Positions 25,714-34,921 of a stretch of DNA of 64,000 bases are shown in pieces. Position numbers and translations under genes: made by a program. The DNA is from a virus. Lineage: Duplodnaviria > Caudoviricetes. The notes under the pieces are model-generated. The model did not search any database, was not told the origin of the DNA, and worked only from the letters and a program-made list of their open reading frames with translations. Position 1 is the stretch's first letter; each line of letters starts with the position of its first letter. The stretch is from IMG/VR virus record IMGVR_UViG_3300013093_000048, positions 363-64,362 of that record; one strand, 5' to 3'.

Positions 25714-26307
25714 ATGAAAAAACTAACCAAACACGAACAACTCACCTGCAAAAAATGCGGGGAAACTAAGGAGCGAAATGAATTTAAGCGGAGAATGACT
25801 GCCGAAGAATACAGCAAAGCCCTAAATAGGAGAGTAGAAACAGGAACTACGGTCATCAGCTCTTTGTGCAAATCGTGCCAACCAAAACGCAAGCCAAGAG
25901 CAAAGCTAACCCTCAAGCAACTACGCAACAAGATCACAAACAAACGCATAAACGAGAAGCTAGGAGAAGCCCTGATAGAGGAGAAACGCCAAGCAATCAA
26001 CAAAACAAGATCCCGCCACATGAAAGAGAGATGGCAAAAAGAAAAGGGCAAGGAGAGAGCCGAGCTCAAGGCAAGCCTAGATAAAGAAGTAAACCGAGCC
26101 AAGAGCACCTACTCGGCATACAAAAGACGGACAGAAACCTGCCCCATCAAGCAAACAAGACAGACCAAGTGGAACAGCGAACAAGAAAGACAAGATTTAA
26201 TACAACAGCGCCTTGCTCACTTGGCGGTTTTGCAAGAGCAATATAGATTTACCCAACAAAAACGAAAGGAGAAGTTATACGAATACGACCAACGCAACAA
26301 TAAGTAA
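25714..26307 (+). CDS. Basic zinc-ribbon protein
   Basis: CKKCGETK...LCKSC; ATG at 25714 has a GGAGA RBS. Confidence 0.75.
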   Translation: MKKLTKHEQLTCKKCGETKERNEFKRRMTAEEYSKALNRRVETGTTVISSLCKSCQPKRKPRAKLTLKQLRNKITNKRINEKLGEALIEEKRQAINKTRSRHMKERWQKEKGKERAELKASLDKEVNRAKSTYSAYKRRTETCPIKQTRQTKWNSEQERQDLIQQRLAHLAVLQEQYRFTQQKRKEKLYEYDQRNNK

Positions 26308-26336
26308 ACAACCACTAACAAACGAAAGGAAAAGTC

Positions 26337-26894
26337 ATGACCACAAGAACTCAAACTGTGGAAGAAATGATTGAGCAACTGCGGGGGGTAGTAGAAGAAA
26401 ACGGGAGAATAGCAAGAGATGCACGCTTACCCGTATTTGACCAGCCAACATCTGAACTCAAAATCCCCAACGCATACCGAAGGCTACACCCACTTGACCC
26501 TGCCCAAGCAGTAAACAAGGAAGACTTGCGACCTGCAGGGGTAGAGATGAGCACCACTATCAAGTACATACTACGCAACGGCGATCAAGGTCAAAGTTTA
26601 GGTAGGAGTATGTGGTGGGGTGATAGACCGCACGAAGACGGAACAATCGTGGCGTATAAGATTATCAAGCTGGAGAAAGGGTGGATTGATTGGGGTAATA
26701 GGTTTGATGCAGGAGAGAACCTCGACACCCAAGGCGGTATACCCACAGGACTAAGCCCGACAACCCTCACTCAAGTATGGCTACGCGACTACAACGAACC
26801 ACAACCCGACCACAGGCACGCATCATCTTGGGACTGGAATATATCGGGTGAGGGTGGTGGCGACATCATGAAGTATCGGATTATTCGTAGGTAA
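26337..26894 (+). CDS. Hypothetical protein with a tandemly duplicated W...(D/T)IxxY(K/R)II domain
   Basis: Two similar ~50-aa units. Confidence 0.75.
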   Translation: MTTRTQTVEEMIEQLRGVVEENGRIARDARLPVFDQPTSELKIPNAYRRLHPLDPAQAVNKEDLRPAGVEMSTTIKYILRNGDQGQSLGRSMWWGDRPHEDGTIVAYKIIKLEKGWIDWGNRFDAGENLDTQGGIPTGLSPTTLTQVWLRDYNEPQPDHRHASSWDWNISGEGGGDIMKYRIIRR

Positions 26895-26909
26895 ACAAAA
26901 GGAGGCAGT

Positions 26910-27017
26910 ATGAATTACAACAGGTTTGAGTTGTATAGCCGTATAGCTTTATTGCTTTGCAGTATTTTTATAGTAGGTCAAGTAGTTCGTTATCTAGTAG
27001 TTCTGTTGTTTAAATGA
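26910..27017 (+). CDS. 35-aa membrane peptide (not in ORF track)
   Basis: MNYNRFELYSRIALLLCSIFIVGQVVRYLVVLLFK; RBS AAGGAGG. Confidence 0.7.
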   Translation: MNYNRFELYSRIALLLCSIFIVGQVVRYLVVLLFK

Positions 27018-27072
27018 ATGGGGCAGAATTCTGTCCCGTCAAACCATCACTTAAAACATAGGAGTTTATAGT

Positions 27073-28572
27073 ATGCCAACACCAACATACACATCAGCAC
27101 AAATCAACGCAGTAGAAACACAATATAACCGAGCAAGAGATTCACAAAAGCCTCTGCTCACCGAGTTCTTCCGCTACAAGCTCGAGCATGTGCGCCGTCC
27201 AGAGTTATGGACAAGGGCTGAGTATCTATCCATCGCCAAGGGGCAACTCAAGCGCAATATGGAGAAAAGCATTCGATCGTATCGCACTTATATCGGTGGC
27301 TCTGAGAAACGCCACTACGAGAGTCTTATGAACCAGCGCCGTCACTTCTACGAGATCGGCAAGATGATAGCCGATTGCTTCCGCACCCAAGACGACAGCG
27401 AGCTAGTTAGTATCCTCAACGACAACACCACTATCAGGGACAAACTAGGTGCTGGTGAGTGGTGCGAGATACTCAATGATGTCGACAAATTTCCCAACGC
27501 ACCCGACTATAACTACTGTTCTGACTGCGACTACATCGAGTGCGAGGACGATGGCACATGGGTATACAACGGCGATCGCTGGATTTGCTCAGATTGTCGT
27601 GACAATCACTATCGCTGGTCTGACTACCATGACTGCGTGGTGCACGAGGATGACGAAGAGCCTGATCAAGATGATGACGATGAGGATGAAGAAGATGTCG
27701 GTCCGATCGGTAGCTATCACAGTAGTAAGTCCAAGCTAGGGTTCATACCAACCAAATACTCTCTTAGAAAGACCCCTGTGTATATGGGCTTAGAGCTAGA
27801 GATGGAGATGTCTGACGGCGATGCCTCACGGCGTGAGCGTGCTGAGCACTTACTACAATCGGTCAAGGAATACAAAGACGATGCGACAGGTAAGACATAT
27901 ACCTATGCACTGCTCGAGCAAGACGGCTCACTTAATCACGGCTTCGAGATGGTCACAGGCTATACGGGTCTTGATGTGCATGCCAAGCAACTAGCGTTCT
28001 TCAAGCAACCATTTGAGGGTATGAAGTCGCACGATACCAAGACTTGCGGTCTTCATGTGCATATCTGTAAGAAGGGTATGTCTATGTTCCATGCCGCTAA
28101 GTTAATCTTGTTCATGCACGACAGCCGTAATCAACGCCTGTTCAAAGCTATCGCACGCCGTGACTCTAGTAGATACAGCCAAGTCAAGAACAAGACGGCT
28201 GACTATTCATGGGTCAAGCACGCTAAGTCAGACGGTATGCGTAGGCTCAACGAGGATCGCTATGAGTCAGTCAACTTCCAACCCGAACGCACAGTCGAGT
28301 TCCGCCTGTTCAAGGGCACGCTACGCTACGAGACCATCATGGCTTGCTTGGAGTTTACTTATGCCTCATGGTTCTTTACTCGTGACACAGGGCAACAAGA
28401 CTTAACCTCCGAGAACTTTATCAAGTTTATCTGCCAACCCGACCAACGCAAGGACACCATCTATCTACGGTCATTCTTGCGGTCTAAGGGCTTCATGCTA
28501 GATAAACAAGCGGTGGTCAAGCCCAACCCACGCATTGAACAAACCAAGCAACTTCACACAACCGAAGCATAA
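27073..28572 (+). CDS. Amidoligase (COOH-NH2 ligase, glutamine-synthetase-like fold) with N-terminal zinc ribbon
   Basis: GLELEME, DGSL..GFEMVT, TCGLHVHI, RYESVN, TVEFRLFKGT. Confidence 0.88.
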   Translation: MPTPTYTSAQINAVETQYNRARDSQKPLLTEFFRYKLEHVRRPELWTRAEYLSIAKGQLKRNMEKSIRSYRTYIGGSEKRHYESLMNQRRHFYEIGKMIADCFRTQDDSELVSILNDNTTIRDKLGAGEWCEILNDVDKFPNAPDYNYCSDCDYIECEDDGTWVYNGDRWICSDCRDNHYRWSDYHDCVVHEDDEEPDQDDDDEDEEDVGPIGSYHSSKSKLGFIPTKYSLRKTPVYMGLELEMEMSDGDASRRERAEHLLQSVKEYKDDATGKTYTYALLEQDGSLNHGFEMVTGYTGLDVHAKQLAFFKQPFEGMKSHDTKTCGLHVHICKKGMSMFHAAKLILFMHDSRNQRLFKAIARRDSSRYSQVKNKTADYSWVKHAKSDGMRRLNEDRYESVNFQPERTVEFRLFKGTLRYETIMACLEFTYASWFFTRDTGQQDLTSENFIKFICQPDQRKDTIYLRSFLRSKGFMLDKQAVVKPNPRIEQTKQLHTTEA

Positions 28573-28629
28573 CGGACAGAAACCTGTCCCAAGTAATACA
28601 AACAAACCAATCTAAATAAAGGAAATCAT

Positions 28630-29799
28630 ATGTGTTTATTAGTCGTTCAACCAGCAACAGCCCCTTCATTAACTCAAGCATGGCTCGAGGATTTCTATGC
28701 GTCTAACTCTGACGGCGTTGGTATTATGCGTAGCGTAGAAGGGGAACTCCTGATAGAAAAAATATTACCCAAAAACGCACAGGAGTTTGTAGATTTCTAT
28801 CGCAACCATATTGACGGACATGACTGCGCGTTCCACTTGCGTATGAAAACCCACGGCAATATCGACATGGAAAATTGCCACCCGTATGAGGTGTTCAACA
28901 AAGCCGAGCACGGTGTAGATGTATGGCTCATGCACAACGGCATCTTGTCCACAGGTAATGCGGGCGACACAACCAAGTCAGATACATGGCACTACATCCG
29001 TGACTACTTGCGCCCTATGCTTGCCAACAACATTGACTTTATATTTACCGATGCGTTTGCTGACATCATTGGCGATCATATCGGCGGGTCTAATAAGTTC
29101 GTGCTCATGGATAGCAATGGTCGCACTCAGACTGTCAATCAAGACGCTGGTGTATTTTGGGGCGGTCGTTGGTTATCTAATACTTATGCATGGTCTAGTC
29201 CGCTCAATGCATCTAAGACTTTCAAAGACGACCACGACTTAGCCATTGACGAGATCGAGGCAGCACCATACAAGACATCGTATAAGTCTGCCAATAGTAG
29301 CTACAAGAAATGGTCTACGGGTTATATGACTGGATACGAGGCATACGATGACGAAGACTATTGGGAGAAGTATGACAGCAAGACTGGCACATGGGGTAAG
29401 CAAGCCCAGCAGTATGATCGCCCTGTGTATGTGCCCCCTGTCGGTGGCTTAGGTGATGACGATAGCGACTTCGTTGACGCAGAGTATTCAGTTGTTGGCG
29501 AAGATGGCGTTGCTCGCACCGAGGTATATGGTGTGTCGGCACAGGAAGCAGACGATGTAATGGAGGACTTGTTGTTAGAGATCGAGGCGCAGTTCGAGAT
29601 CCAGCATATCAGCCGTGTGTCTGCGTATGAGTTCGTTGAGGAGTTCGGTATCGACAACTTCATGGAGGTGTCTTACATGGCGCTAGATGACATGATTGAT
29701 AGCGGTTGGTATGAGCGTATCATCACAGACTTTGCGTTAGCACGCGAGGCATTCCCTTGGCTTGAGCGCACCAAGCCTGAGCGTTTAGCAATTAACTAA
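28630..29799 (+). CDS. Class II (Ntn) glutamine amidotransferase with acidic C-terminal extension
   Basis: Met-Cys start, NSDGVG, HLRMKTHG, NCHPY, HNG, SDT. Confidence 0.9.
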   Translation: MCLLVVQPATAPSLTQAWLEDFYASNSDGVGIMRSVEGELLIEKILPKNAQEFVDFYRNHIDGHDCAFHLRMKTHGNIDMENCHPYEVFNKAEHGVDVWLMHNGILSTGNAGDTTKSDTWHYIRDYLRPMLANNIDFIFTDAFADIIGDHIGGSNKFVLMDSNGRTQTVNQDAGVFWGGRWLSNTYAWSSPLNASKTFKDDHDLAIDEIEAAPYKTSYKSANSSYKKWSTGYMTGYEAYDDEDYWEKYDSKTGTWGKQAQQYDRPVYVPPVGGLGDDDSDFVDAEYSVVGEDGVARTEVYGVSAQEADDVMEDLLLEIEAQFEIQHISRVSAYEFVEEFGIDNFMEVSYMALDDMIDSGWYERIITDFALAREAFPWLERTKPERLAIN

Positions 29800-29808
29800 G
29801 GAGGTAGT

Positions 29809-30015
29809 ATGGCTGTATTTTATGTAATAACTGCGGCAACTCGTTTTGAATTTAAGCGGGTTGTTGCTGACACAAAAGAACGAGCAGAGAAAATTTCATA
29901 CGAATCGCCTGATGGTTGGAAGTTTGCATATCAAAGCGACAACTACGAACACTACGCTACATACACAAAGAAAGAAGCACTAGAAGGAGGGTGGTTAGAT
30001 GAAGAAGTATCATGA
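29809..30015 (+). CDS. Hypothetical protein
   Basis: 68 aa, RBS GGAGG. Confidence 0.7.
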   Translation: MAVFYVITAATRFEFKRVVADTKERAEKISYESPDGWKFAYQSDNYEHYATYTKKEALEGGWLDEEVS

Positions 30016-30316
30016 AGAACACATCAAGGTCGAAAGACCTCACCTAAACATAGACGGCTCACTACAACGCATATATAAATTCCCTAATAACTATGGGGCT
30101 AGTATTGTGTGGGGTGGGGACTTAACATTCATGCGTGACAACGCACATGCCCCTTATGAGCTAGCTGTCATTAGATTTATAGATGATGATGAATACTACT
30201 TAGACTATTCAACTGGGCTAACTACCGATGTATTCAGGCATCAAAACGAAGAGCAGATACGGGATCTGCTTAAGCAAATTAAAAACTTAGAAGAGGTGGC
30301 ATATGGAATTGAGTGA
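29999..30316 (+). CDS. Hypothetical phage protein
   Basis: 105 aa; YKFPNNYGASIV...YELAVI. Confidence 0.75.
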   Translation: MKKYHEEHIKVERPHLNIDGSLQRIYKFPNNYGASIVWGGDLTFMRDNAHAPYELAVIRFIDDDEYYLDYSTGLTTDVFRHQNEEQIRDLLKQIKNLEEVAYGIE

Positions 30317-30524
30317 ATTGTTTTTATTGGCATGGGCTTGCGTGGCTACAATTGCGGCGGGCTATTTTCATACTAACTTACGCAAGGCTATGAAAGGAGG
30401 AGTAATACTTTGCATGATCATTGAGTCTGTTGCAAAGGGCGAAGCTGAATTAAAGTTACACCCCGATGGGCGTATGTCTGTTGATATGGGTGATCACGAA
30501 GTTACATTAAGGGAGCACGAATAG
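30303..30524 (+). CDS. Small membrane protein
   Basis: Hydrophobic N-terminus; RBS GAGG. Confidence 0.7.
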   Translation: MELSELFLLAWACVATIAAGYFHTNLRKAMKGGVILCMIIESVAKGEAELKLHPDGRMSVDMGDHEVTLREHE

Positions 30525-30525
30525 T

Positions 30526-31299
30526 ATGACAAACACATCAAGGGTAGCCATAGCCCCATACAAGCGGGGCAGTAGAAGTGCAAGGTTACTGCGTGATGCA
30601 CTAACGCAAGAGCTGGGTCGCAATGTTTTATTCATTGCACCTGAGAGGGTTAGCCATTGTAAGCCTAGCCGTATCGTTATTAACTGGGGTAGTAGTGTGG
30701 TTGATGGCGATGGGGCGTGTCGTATACTAAATCGTCCTGACGCAGTATTTATGGCGGCTAACAAACAGCACTCTCTATATGAATTTAGCACACACAGCAT
30801 ACCCCATCCCGAGTTCACAACGGACAAGGATATGGCTAGGTGCTGGCTGGACAATGGGCATAAGGTTATGTGTCGCACCCTTCTGTCTGCTCACTCAGGT
30901 CAGGGTATTGTTGTAGCCAAGCAACACGATCAGTTAGTAGACGCCCCGTTGTATACCAAATACATACGCAAACAAAAGGAGTTTAGAGTCCATGTATTTA
31001 ATAGTAAAATTATTGACATACAAGAAAAGCGTAGGAGTTCTAGTGTTGCTGACCACCACCCTTATATTCGAAACCATGCAAACGGGTATGTCTTTTGTCG
31101 GGGTGATATCGAAGAACCTCATGATCTTAGGGGCGTGGCTACATCTGCCGTTAGTGCATTAGGTCTAGACTTCGGTGCAGTAGATGTTATATGGAATGAG
31201 GCACAGGATAAGTGCTATGTGTTAGAAGTAAATACAGCGTGCGGTCTAGAGGGTTCGACTGTTAACAAATATGTTAATGCAATTAAGGAGGTTGTATGA
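30526..31299 (+). CDS. ATP-grasp ligase (RimK/glutathione-synthetase-like, phage type)
   Basis: VINWG, HSGQGI, EFRVHV, GLDFGAVD, LEVNTACGL. Confidence 0.9.
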   Translation: MTNTSRVAIAPYKRGSRSARLLRDALTQELGRNVLFIAPERVSHCKPSRIVINWGSSVVDGDGACRILNRPDAVFMAANKQHSLYEFSTHSIPHPEFTTDKDMARCWLDNGHKVMCRTLLSAHSGQGIVVAKQHDQLVDAPLYTKYIRKQKEFRVHVFNSKIIDIQEKRRSSSVADHHPYIRNHANGYVFCRGDIEEPHDLRGVATSAVSALGLDFGAVDVIWNEAQDKCYVLEVNTACGLEGSTVNKYVNAIKEVV

Positions 31300-31463
31300 A
31301 TGTGCTAGAAAAAAAGTTGTTTAATTGTTTGATTGAGTTACTAACCCAAGTTAGAGAGGATTGCCCGCAAGAGTATCGGACTAAACATTTAGAAACGGCT
31401 ATATGGGACGCTAACGATTTAATTATTAACACGCAAGTAGAGGAAGGAATGCTAAAACTATGA
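31296..31463 (+). CDS. Hypothetical protein, 55 aa (not in ORF track)
   Basis: MNVLEKKLFNCLIELLTQVREDCPQEYRTKHL...; ATGA overlaps, RBS. Confidence 0.75.
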   Translation: MNVLEKKLFNCLIELLTQVREDCPQEYRTKHLETAIWDANDLIINTQVEEGMLKL

Positions 31464-31768
31464 GCAAAACAATAACGAAGGTGCAAGTACGGTTTACATG
31501 GAATGACGGCAGAATAGAGGAGATAGACGAAAACCTATTAACCGCCGACTCTGACCTAGGCTTGGAGTTGCAGAGTTACGCATTAGATTTTGAAGGACTG
31601 CGTAGCGATGACCAAGCCCTATATGACGAGGAATATGCCGATTGGCTACCTATACCCAAGGACTACGATACATACATGGCTAGCGGTATGGTTGACCCAC
31701 TATGGGAAGCTGGGTTTATTGCAGGCAAGGTGCATGAGTTAACTAAGTTACATGAGGAGAAAGTATGA
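31460..31768 (+). CDS. Acidic hypothetical protein
   Basis: 102 aa, coupled. Confidence 0.7.
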   Translation: MSKTITKVQVRFTWNDGRIEEIDENLLTADSDLGLELQSYALDFEGLRSDDQALYDEEYADWLPIPKDYDTYMASGMVDPLWEAGFIAGKVHELTKLHEEKV

Positions 31769-32016
31769 AGTTATTTTGTAGATGCAACAAGATGGTAGAT
31801 AAGATCAAAGCATTGGAAGATAGGATTCAAATGCTAGAAATTCACAATAAGTATTACACCGACGACCACCATAGTTTTTGGTCTGATGCTAAGTCTGTTC
31901 CTTTGTCTTCGGTGGTGCGTAAGATAGCCAATCACTTAGGTATGCTAGTGCATTACCAATACCCTAAAGGCGAGAGCTTTACAACCGAATTTGTAACCAA
32001 GGAGGAAACCAAATGA
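31765..32016 (+). CDS. Hypothetical protein
   Basis: 83 aa, coupled. Confidence 0.7.
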   Translation: MKLFCRCNKMVDKIKALEDRIQMLEIHNKYYTDDHHSFWSDAKSVPLSSVVRKIANHLGMLVHYQYPKGESFTTEFVTKEETK

Positions 32017-32276
32017 CAACATTCACAACAGAAGACCGCGAGGCGGTTATACAAGGGGCAACGGGTGCACAGTATCAGTTTATGGACACCAGCCCGCAAG
32101 CACAGGAAGTAACCCAAATCATTAACGGGGTGTGCTCCCAACTACAAGCTTTATCTACGGTCATCAATAAAATGAGAGCCGAACTGACTACGCTAAAACA
32201 ATTAGCTGATGCATCAATCCTAGCAAGCCGACCACCAACCCTACGCAAAAACGGAGAAGACGACTGTGGAAAATAG
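32013..32276 (+). CDS. Hypothetical protein
   Basis: 87 aa, starts MTTFTTEDR; RBS GGAGG. Confidence 0.7.
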   Translation: MTTFTTEDREAVIQGATGAQYQFMDTSPQAQEVTQIINGVCSQLQALSTVINKMRAELTTLKQLADASILASRPPTLRKNGEDDCGK

Positions 32277-32484
32277 ATTAAGCCCACGCAGTAGAAAGAA
32301 CAAGATCAATGAAGCCAATCAAAACTCTTTGTTTACAACCATACCTCAAGCAGAAACATTGGAGGAGAAACGCGCCTTGGTATTAGAAGGTAACCCAAAC
32401 CATTATTCTTTTGGCGAGATTAGGCGTGCATGGAAGCCTTGGTTAACTTATGAAGAGAACATGGCAGAGGAGTATTTAGGATGA
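32266..32484 (+). CDS. Hypothetical protein
   Basis: 72 aa, GTG start. Confidence 0.6.
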   Translation: MENRLSPRSRKNKINEANQNSLFTTIPQAETLEEKRALVLEGNPNHYSFGEIRRAWKPWLTYEENMAEEYLG

Positions 32485-32960
32485 ATGGCGATGATTATGT
32501 ACTTGATGGCGATTTAGCTTTTAGTAATACTAAAGACGCTTTGAAGTTTTATCAAACTAAATATCGCCAGCAACAAGCTGAAATAGAGGCGTTGAAAAAA
32601 GAAGCCGCACTACAAAGGTTATCTGACTTTACGCAAGAAGCTGACAATGAACCAGTAGCGTGGATAGACCCTAGAGAATTGGATATGGCTGTATCTACCA
32701 GCGTAACAAAACATAAGCAATTTGATACTGATATTCCACTCTACACCCATCCAGCAAAAGAACTAGATGAGCAGTTTAAAAAAGGTTTTGAAGCTGGTAA
32801 AGAAGAAGGTTGGAAAGCCCATAAATTTCACCATCCAGCAAAGACACTAACAGATGAGGAAATAAGAAATATTGCAAACGAAACCAACCTTGAAAGCGGA
32901 ATAGCGCAATGGAAATACGATTTTGCTAGAGCAATACTAAGAAAGGCACAAGAGAAATGA
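32481..32960 (+). CDS. Mosaic hypothetical protein (EPVAW/PLYTHP/LTDEEI modules)
   Basis: Short modules typical of phage early accessory genes. Confidence 0.75.
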   Translation: MNGDDYVLDGDLAFSNTKDALKFYQTKYRQQQAEIEALKKEAALQRLSDFTQEADNEPVAWIDPRELDMAVSTSVTKHKQFDTDIPLYTHPAKELDEQFKKGFEAGKEEGWKAHKFHHPAKTLTDEEIRNIANETNLESGIAQWKYDFARAILRKAQEK

Positions 32961-33115
32961 AATTAACTACTGAAGAAATACACAATATTTATTTACATCA
33001 AGGTGGCGTAGCAGAAGGTTTAATAAGAGCAGGTGCTGATGCTGATTTTCCTATGATGTTTGCAGAGGCATTGATAGAGATTTATGAAGCACGAAAGGCA
33101 CAAGAGAATGGCTGA
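32957..33115 (+). CDS. Hypothetical protein, 52 aa (not in ORF track)
   Basis: MKLTTEEIHNIYL...RKAQENG; resembles the end of the upstream gene. Confidence 0.7.
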   Translation: MKLTTEEIHNIYLHQGGVAEGLIRAGADADFPMMFAEALIEIYEARKAQENG

Positions 33116-33293
33116 TATAACAATGTGCCGTGATGAGACTTGCAAGAAGCGTGAAAGGTGCTATCGCTTTACTGCTAGAGCAACACCCGAGTACCAATCT
33201 TACTTTGTGGATAGTCCACGCCAAGGTAAAGAATGTAAATACTTTAGCGATAACGAAGATAAAACTAAACGATTAAGAAAGAACTGCGAATGA
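33108..33293 (+). CDS. Small Cys-rich protein
   Basis: MADITMC..CKKRERCYRF..C; start 33108 preferred. Confidence 0.75.
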   Translation: MADITMCRDETCKKRERCYRFTARATPEYQSYFVDSPRQGKECKYFSDNEDKTKRLRKNCE

Positions 33294-33487
33294 ACAAACA
33301 AAGGATCAACGAGCTCGGCTCGGAAATAAAAAGGGTGCAGGTTGAGATAACGGAAAAGGCAATGAAAGGTAGAGACTACTCCGAAGAACAAACCCAATTC
33401 AACTCAAGCCTGCTCCAACTAATCAACCTATCTCTAGACTCAGACGACACCATGGAAAAACTGTTTAAGCTACTCGAAAGGAAGTAG
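33290..33487 (+). CDS. Hypothetical protein
   Basis: 65 aa, ATGA overlap. Confidence 0.65.
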   Translation: MNKQRINELGSEIKRVQVEITEKAMKGRDYSEEQTQFNSSLLQLINLSLDSDDTMEKLFKLLERK

Positions 33488-33563
33488 CGTAAAAACAACA
33501 TAAGAAAGTTAAGTAAAAAACTGTAGTAAAATAATAACGGCAACTAACAAACAAGGAGTTTAT

Positions 33564-34142
33564 ATGCCAGATATGCAAACTGAAGTAAAAAAAGTCTTAA
33601 CCAAATGGACAACACCAGAGCTAAGACTAGAAGAAAAAACTGTTATTACAGAAAAAGAAAAGTCATTTAGTGAACAGGTCTACGACTTTATTAAGACCAA
33701 TCCAAAATGCTCTATGCCTAGTATCCGTAAGGCTTTTAACATCACCAACAAAGACGACGCGTCTATCGCCTCAACACTCAAGACATTATACGACCGCAAG
33801 CTAATTGGGCGTGTAGCAATCGACAATCCTGAGTTTAAAGGCTACGGTAGACGGGTTATCTTCGTGTATTGGGCGGTTGCTAACACCTACGAGCTACAAA
33901 TTAAAGGCTTGTATAGCAAGAAGAAAAAGAATGTGAACATCGTTGCTAAGAAACAGCAGAGTATATCTAAAGGCGTGCCTGAAACAAACGGACATATCAC
34001 TCGGCAAACACCTGCGGCACCCGCTACTCATACTAGCAAGACCAAGTTCAATGCTGAGGAGTTCGTTAGTAGCCTAAACATCTATGACGCTCGCCATGTG
34101 TATCAGCTACTTGATATTGTGTTCGGTAAGCAAGGGAAGTAA
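33564..34142 (+). CDS. Putative winged-helix DNA-binding protein
   Basis: EQVYDFIKTNP...IASTLKTLYDRKLIGR; RBS AAGGAG. Confidence 0.6.
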   Translation: MPDMQTEVKKVLTKWTTPELRLEEKTVITEKEKSFSEQVYDFIKTNPKCSMPSIRKAFNITNKDDASIASTLKTLYDRKLIGRVAIDNPEFKGYGRRVIFVYWAVANTYELQIKGLYSKKKKNVNIVAKKQQSISKGVPETNGHITRQTPAAPATHTSKTKFNAEEFVSSLNIYDARHVYQLLDIVFGKQGK

Positions 34143-34435
34143 TGAGCATATTTGACGCACAGTATATCCGTGATAATGCTGGGCTAAGTTGGGGGGAAGA
34201 CTATGTGCTGGGCTTGATTGACAGCACTTCCCCAACTATTTACAGTCGCATTGCCGCCTTGGTTAATAAACAAAAGGCGGTTACTTCAGCATCCGCCAAC
34301 AAGTATCTTAAGTCTTTGGTTGAAAAAGGTTTGGTTTTAAGAACAGCAGACAAGAAAGACATGCGCTTAATCCATTACACTCTTACAGCAAAAGGAGAAA
34401 AAATGATAAAGGAATTAAAAAATGCAGTTAAGTGA
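34142..34435 (+). CDS. MarR-like winged-helix regulator
   Basis: YLKSLVEKGLVLR..DKKDMR...LTAKG. Confidence 0.8.
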   Translation: MSIFDAQYIRDNAGLSWGEDYVLGLIDSTSPTIYSRIAALVNKQKAVTSASANKYLKSLVEKGLVLRTADKKDMRLIHYTLTAKGEKMIKELKNAVK

Positions 34436-34619
34436 ACTTGAGATGCTCAAGATAATGAAAGAAAATGCGGCACTATGTAACCTCGAAGCTGAGGTTATCG
34501 TTGCATTAAAAGCCTATTATTACAACGAGCAGGAGATTCTACAAAACCAGCTCAACCACATAGCCATTTGTCTACAACGCATAGATGAAGTAAGGAAACG
34601 CAATGCGGAATTGCAATGA
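34422..34619 (+). CDS. Hypothetical protein
   Basis: 65 aa, coupled. Confidence 0.65.
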   Translation: MQLSELEMLKIMKENAALCNLEAEVIVALKAYYYNEQEILQNQLNHIAICLQRIDEVRKRNAELQ

Positions 34620-34921
34620 CACCCGAAGCCAAAGTAAAGAAGAAAGTTGTCAATGTTCTTAAGAATTTTGGGGCGTATTATTTCTACCCTGTTACTGGAG
34701 GCTTTGGGCGTAGTGGTGTACCTGATATTGTGGGCTGTTACTTTGGTCAGTTTATTGCTATCGAATGTAAAGCGGGTAATAACAAACCAACTCCTTTACA
34801 AGAAGCACAAATGGCGCAAATAAGAACGGCTAAAGGTCGCACGCTTGTAGTAAACGAAGACAACATATACGATGTCACCGACGCTCTACTAGAAATAAAG
34901 GCTCTCTATGGATCAGAATGA
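34616..34921 (+). CDS. VRR-NUC / Holliday junction resolvase-like nuclease
   Basis: TPEAKVK, GVPDIV, IECKA, PTPLQ. Confidence 0.85.
   Translation: MTPEAKVKKKVVNVLKNFGAYYFYPVTGGFGRSGVPDIVGCYFGQFIAIECKAGNNKPTPLQEAQMAQIRTAKGRTLVVNEDNIYDVTDALLEIKALYGSE

Larger units (their letters stand above)
23979..28589. repeat. Dispersed 16-bp palindrome GGACAG-N4-CTGTCC, 8 copies
   Basis: Starts at 23979, 24262, 24580, 25318, 25681, 26129 (1 mismatch), 27021 (1 mismatch), 28574. Confidence 0.92.

Noticed and set aside
23979-28589. CRISPR array or REP/MITE interpretation of the palindromes
   Set aside because: Spacing is irregular (about 280-1550 bp), repeats are only 16 bp, some lie within ORFs, and there are no cas or transposase genes
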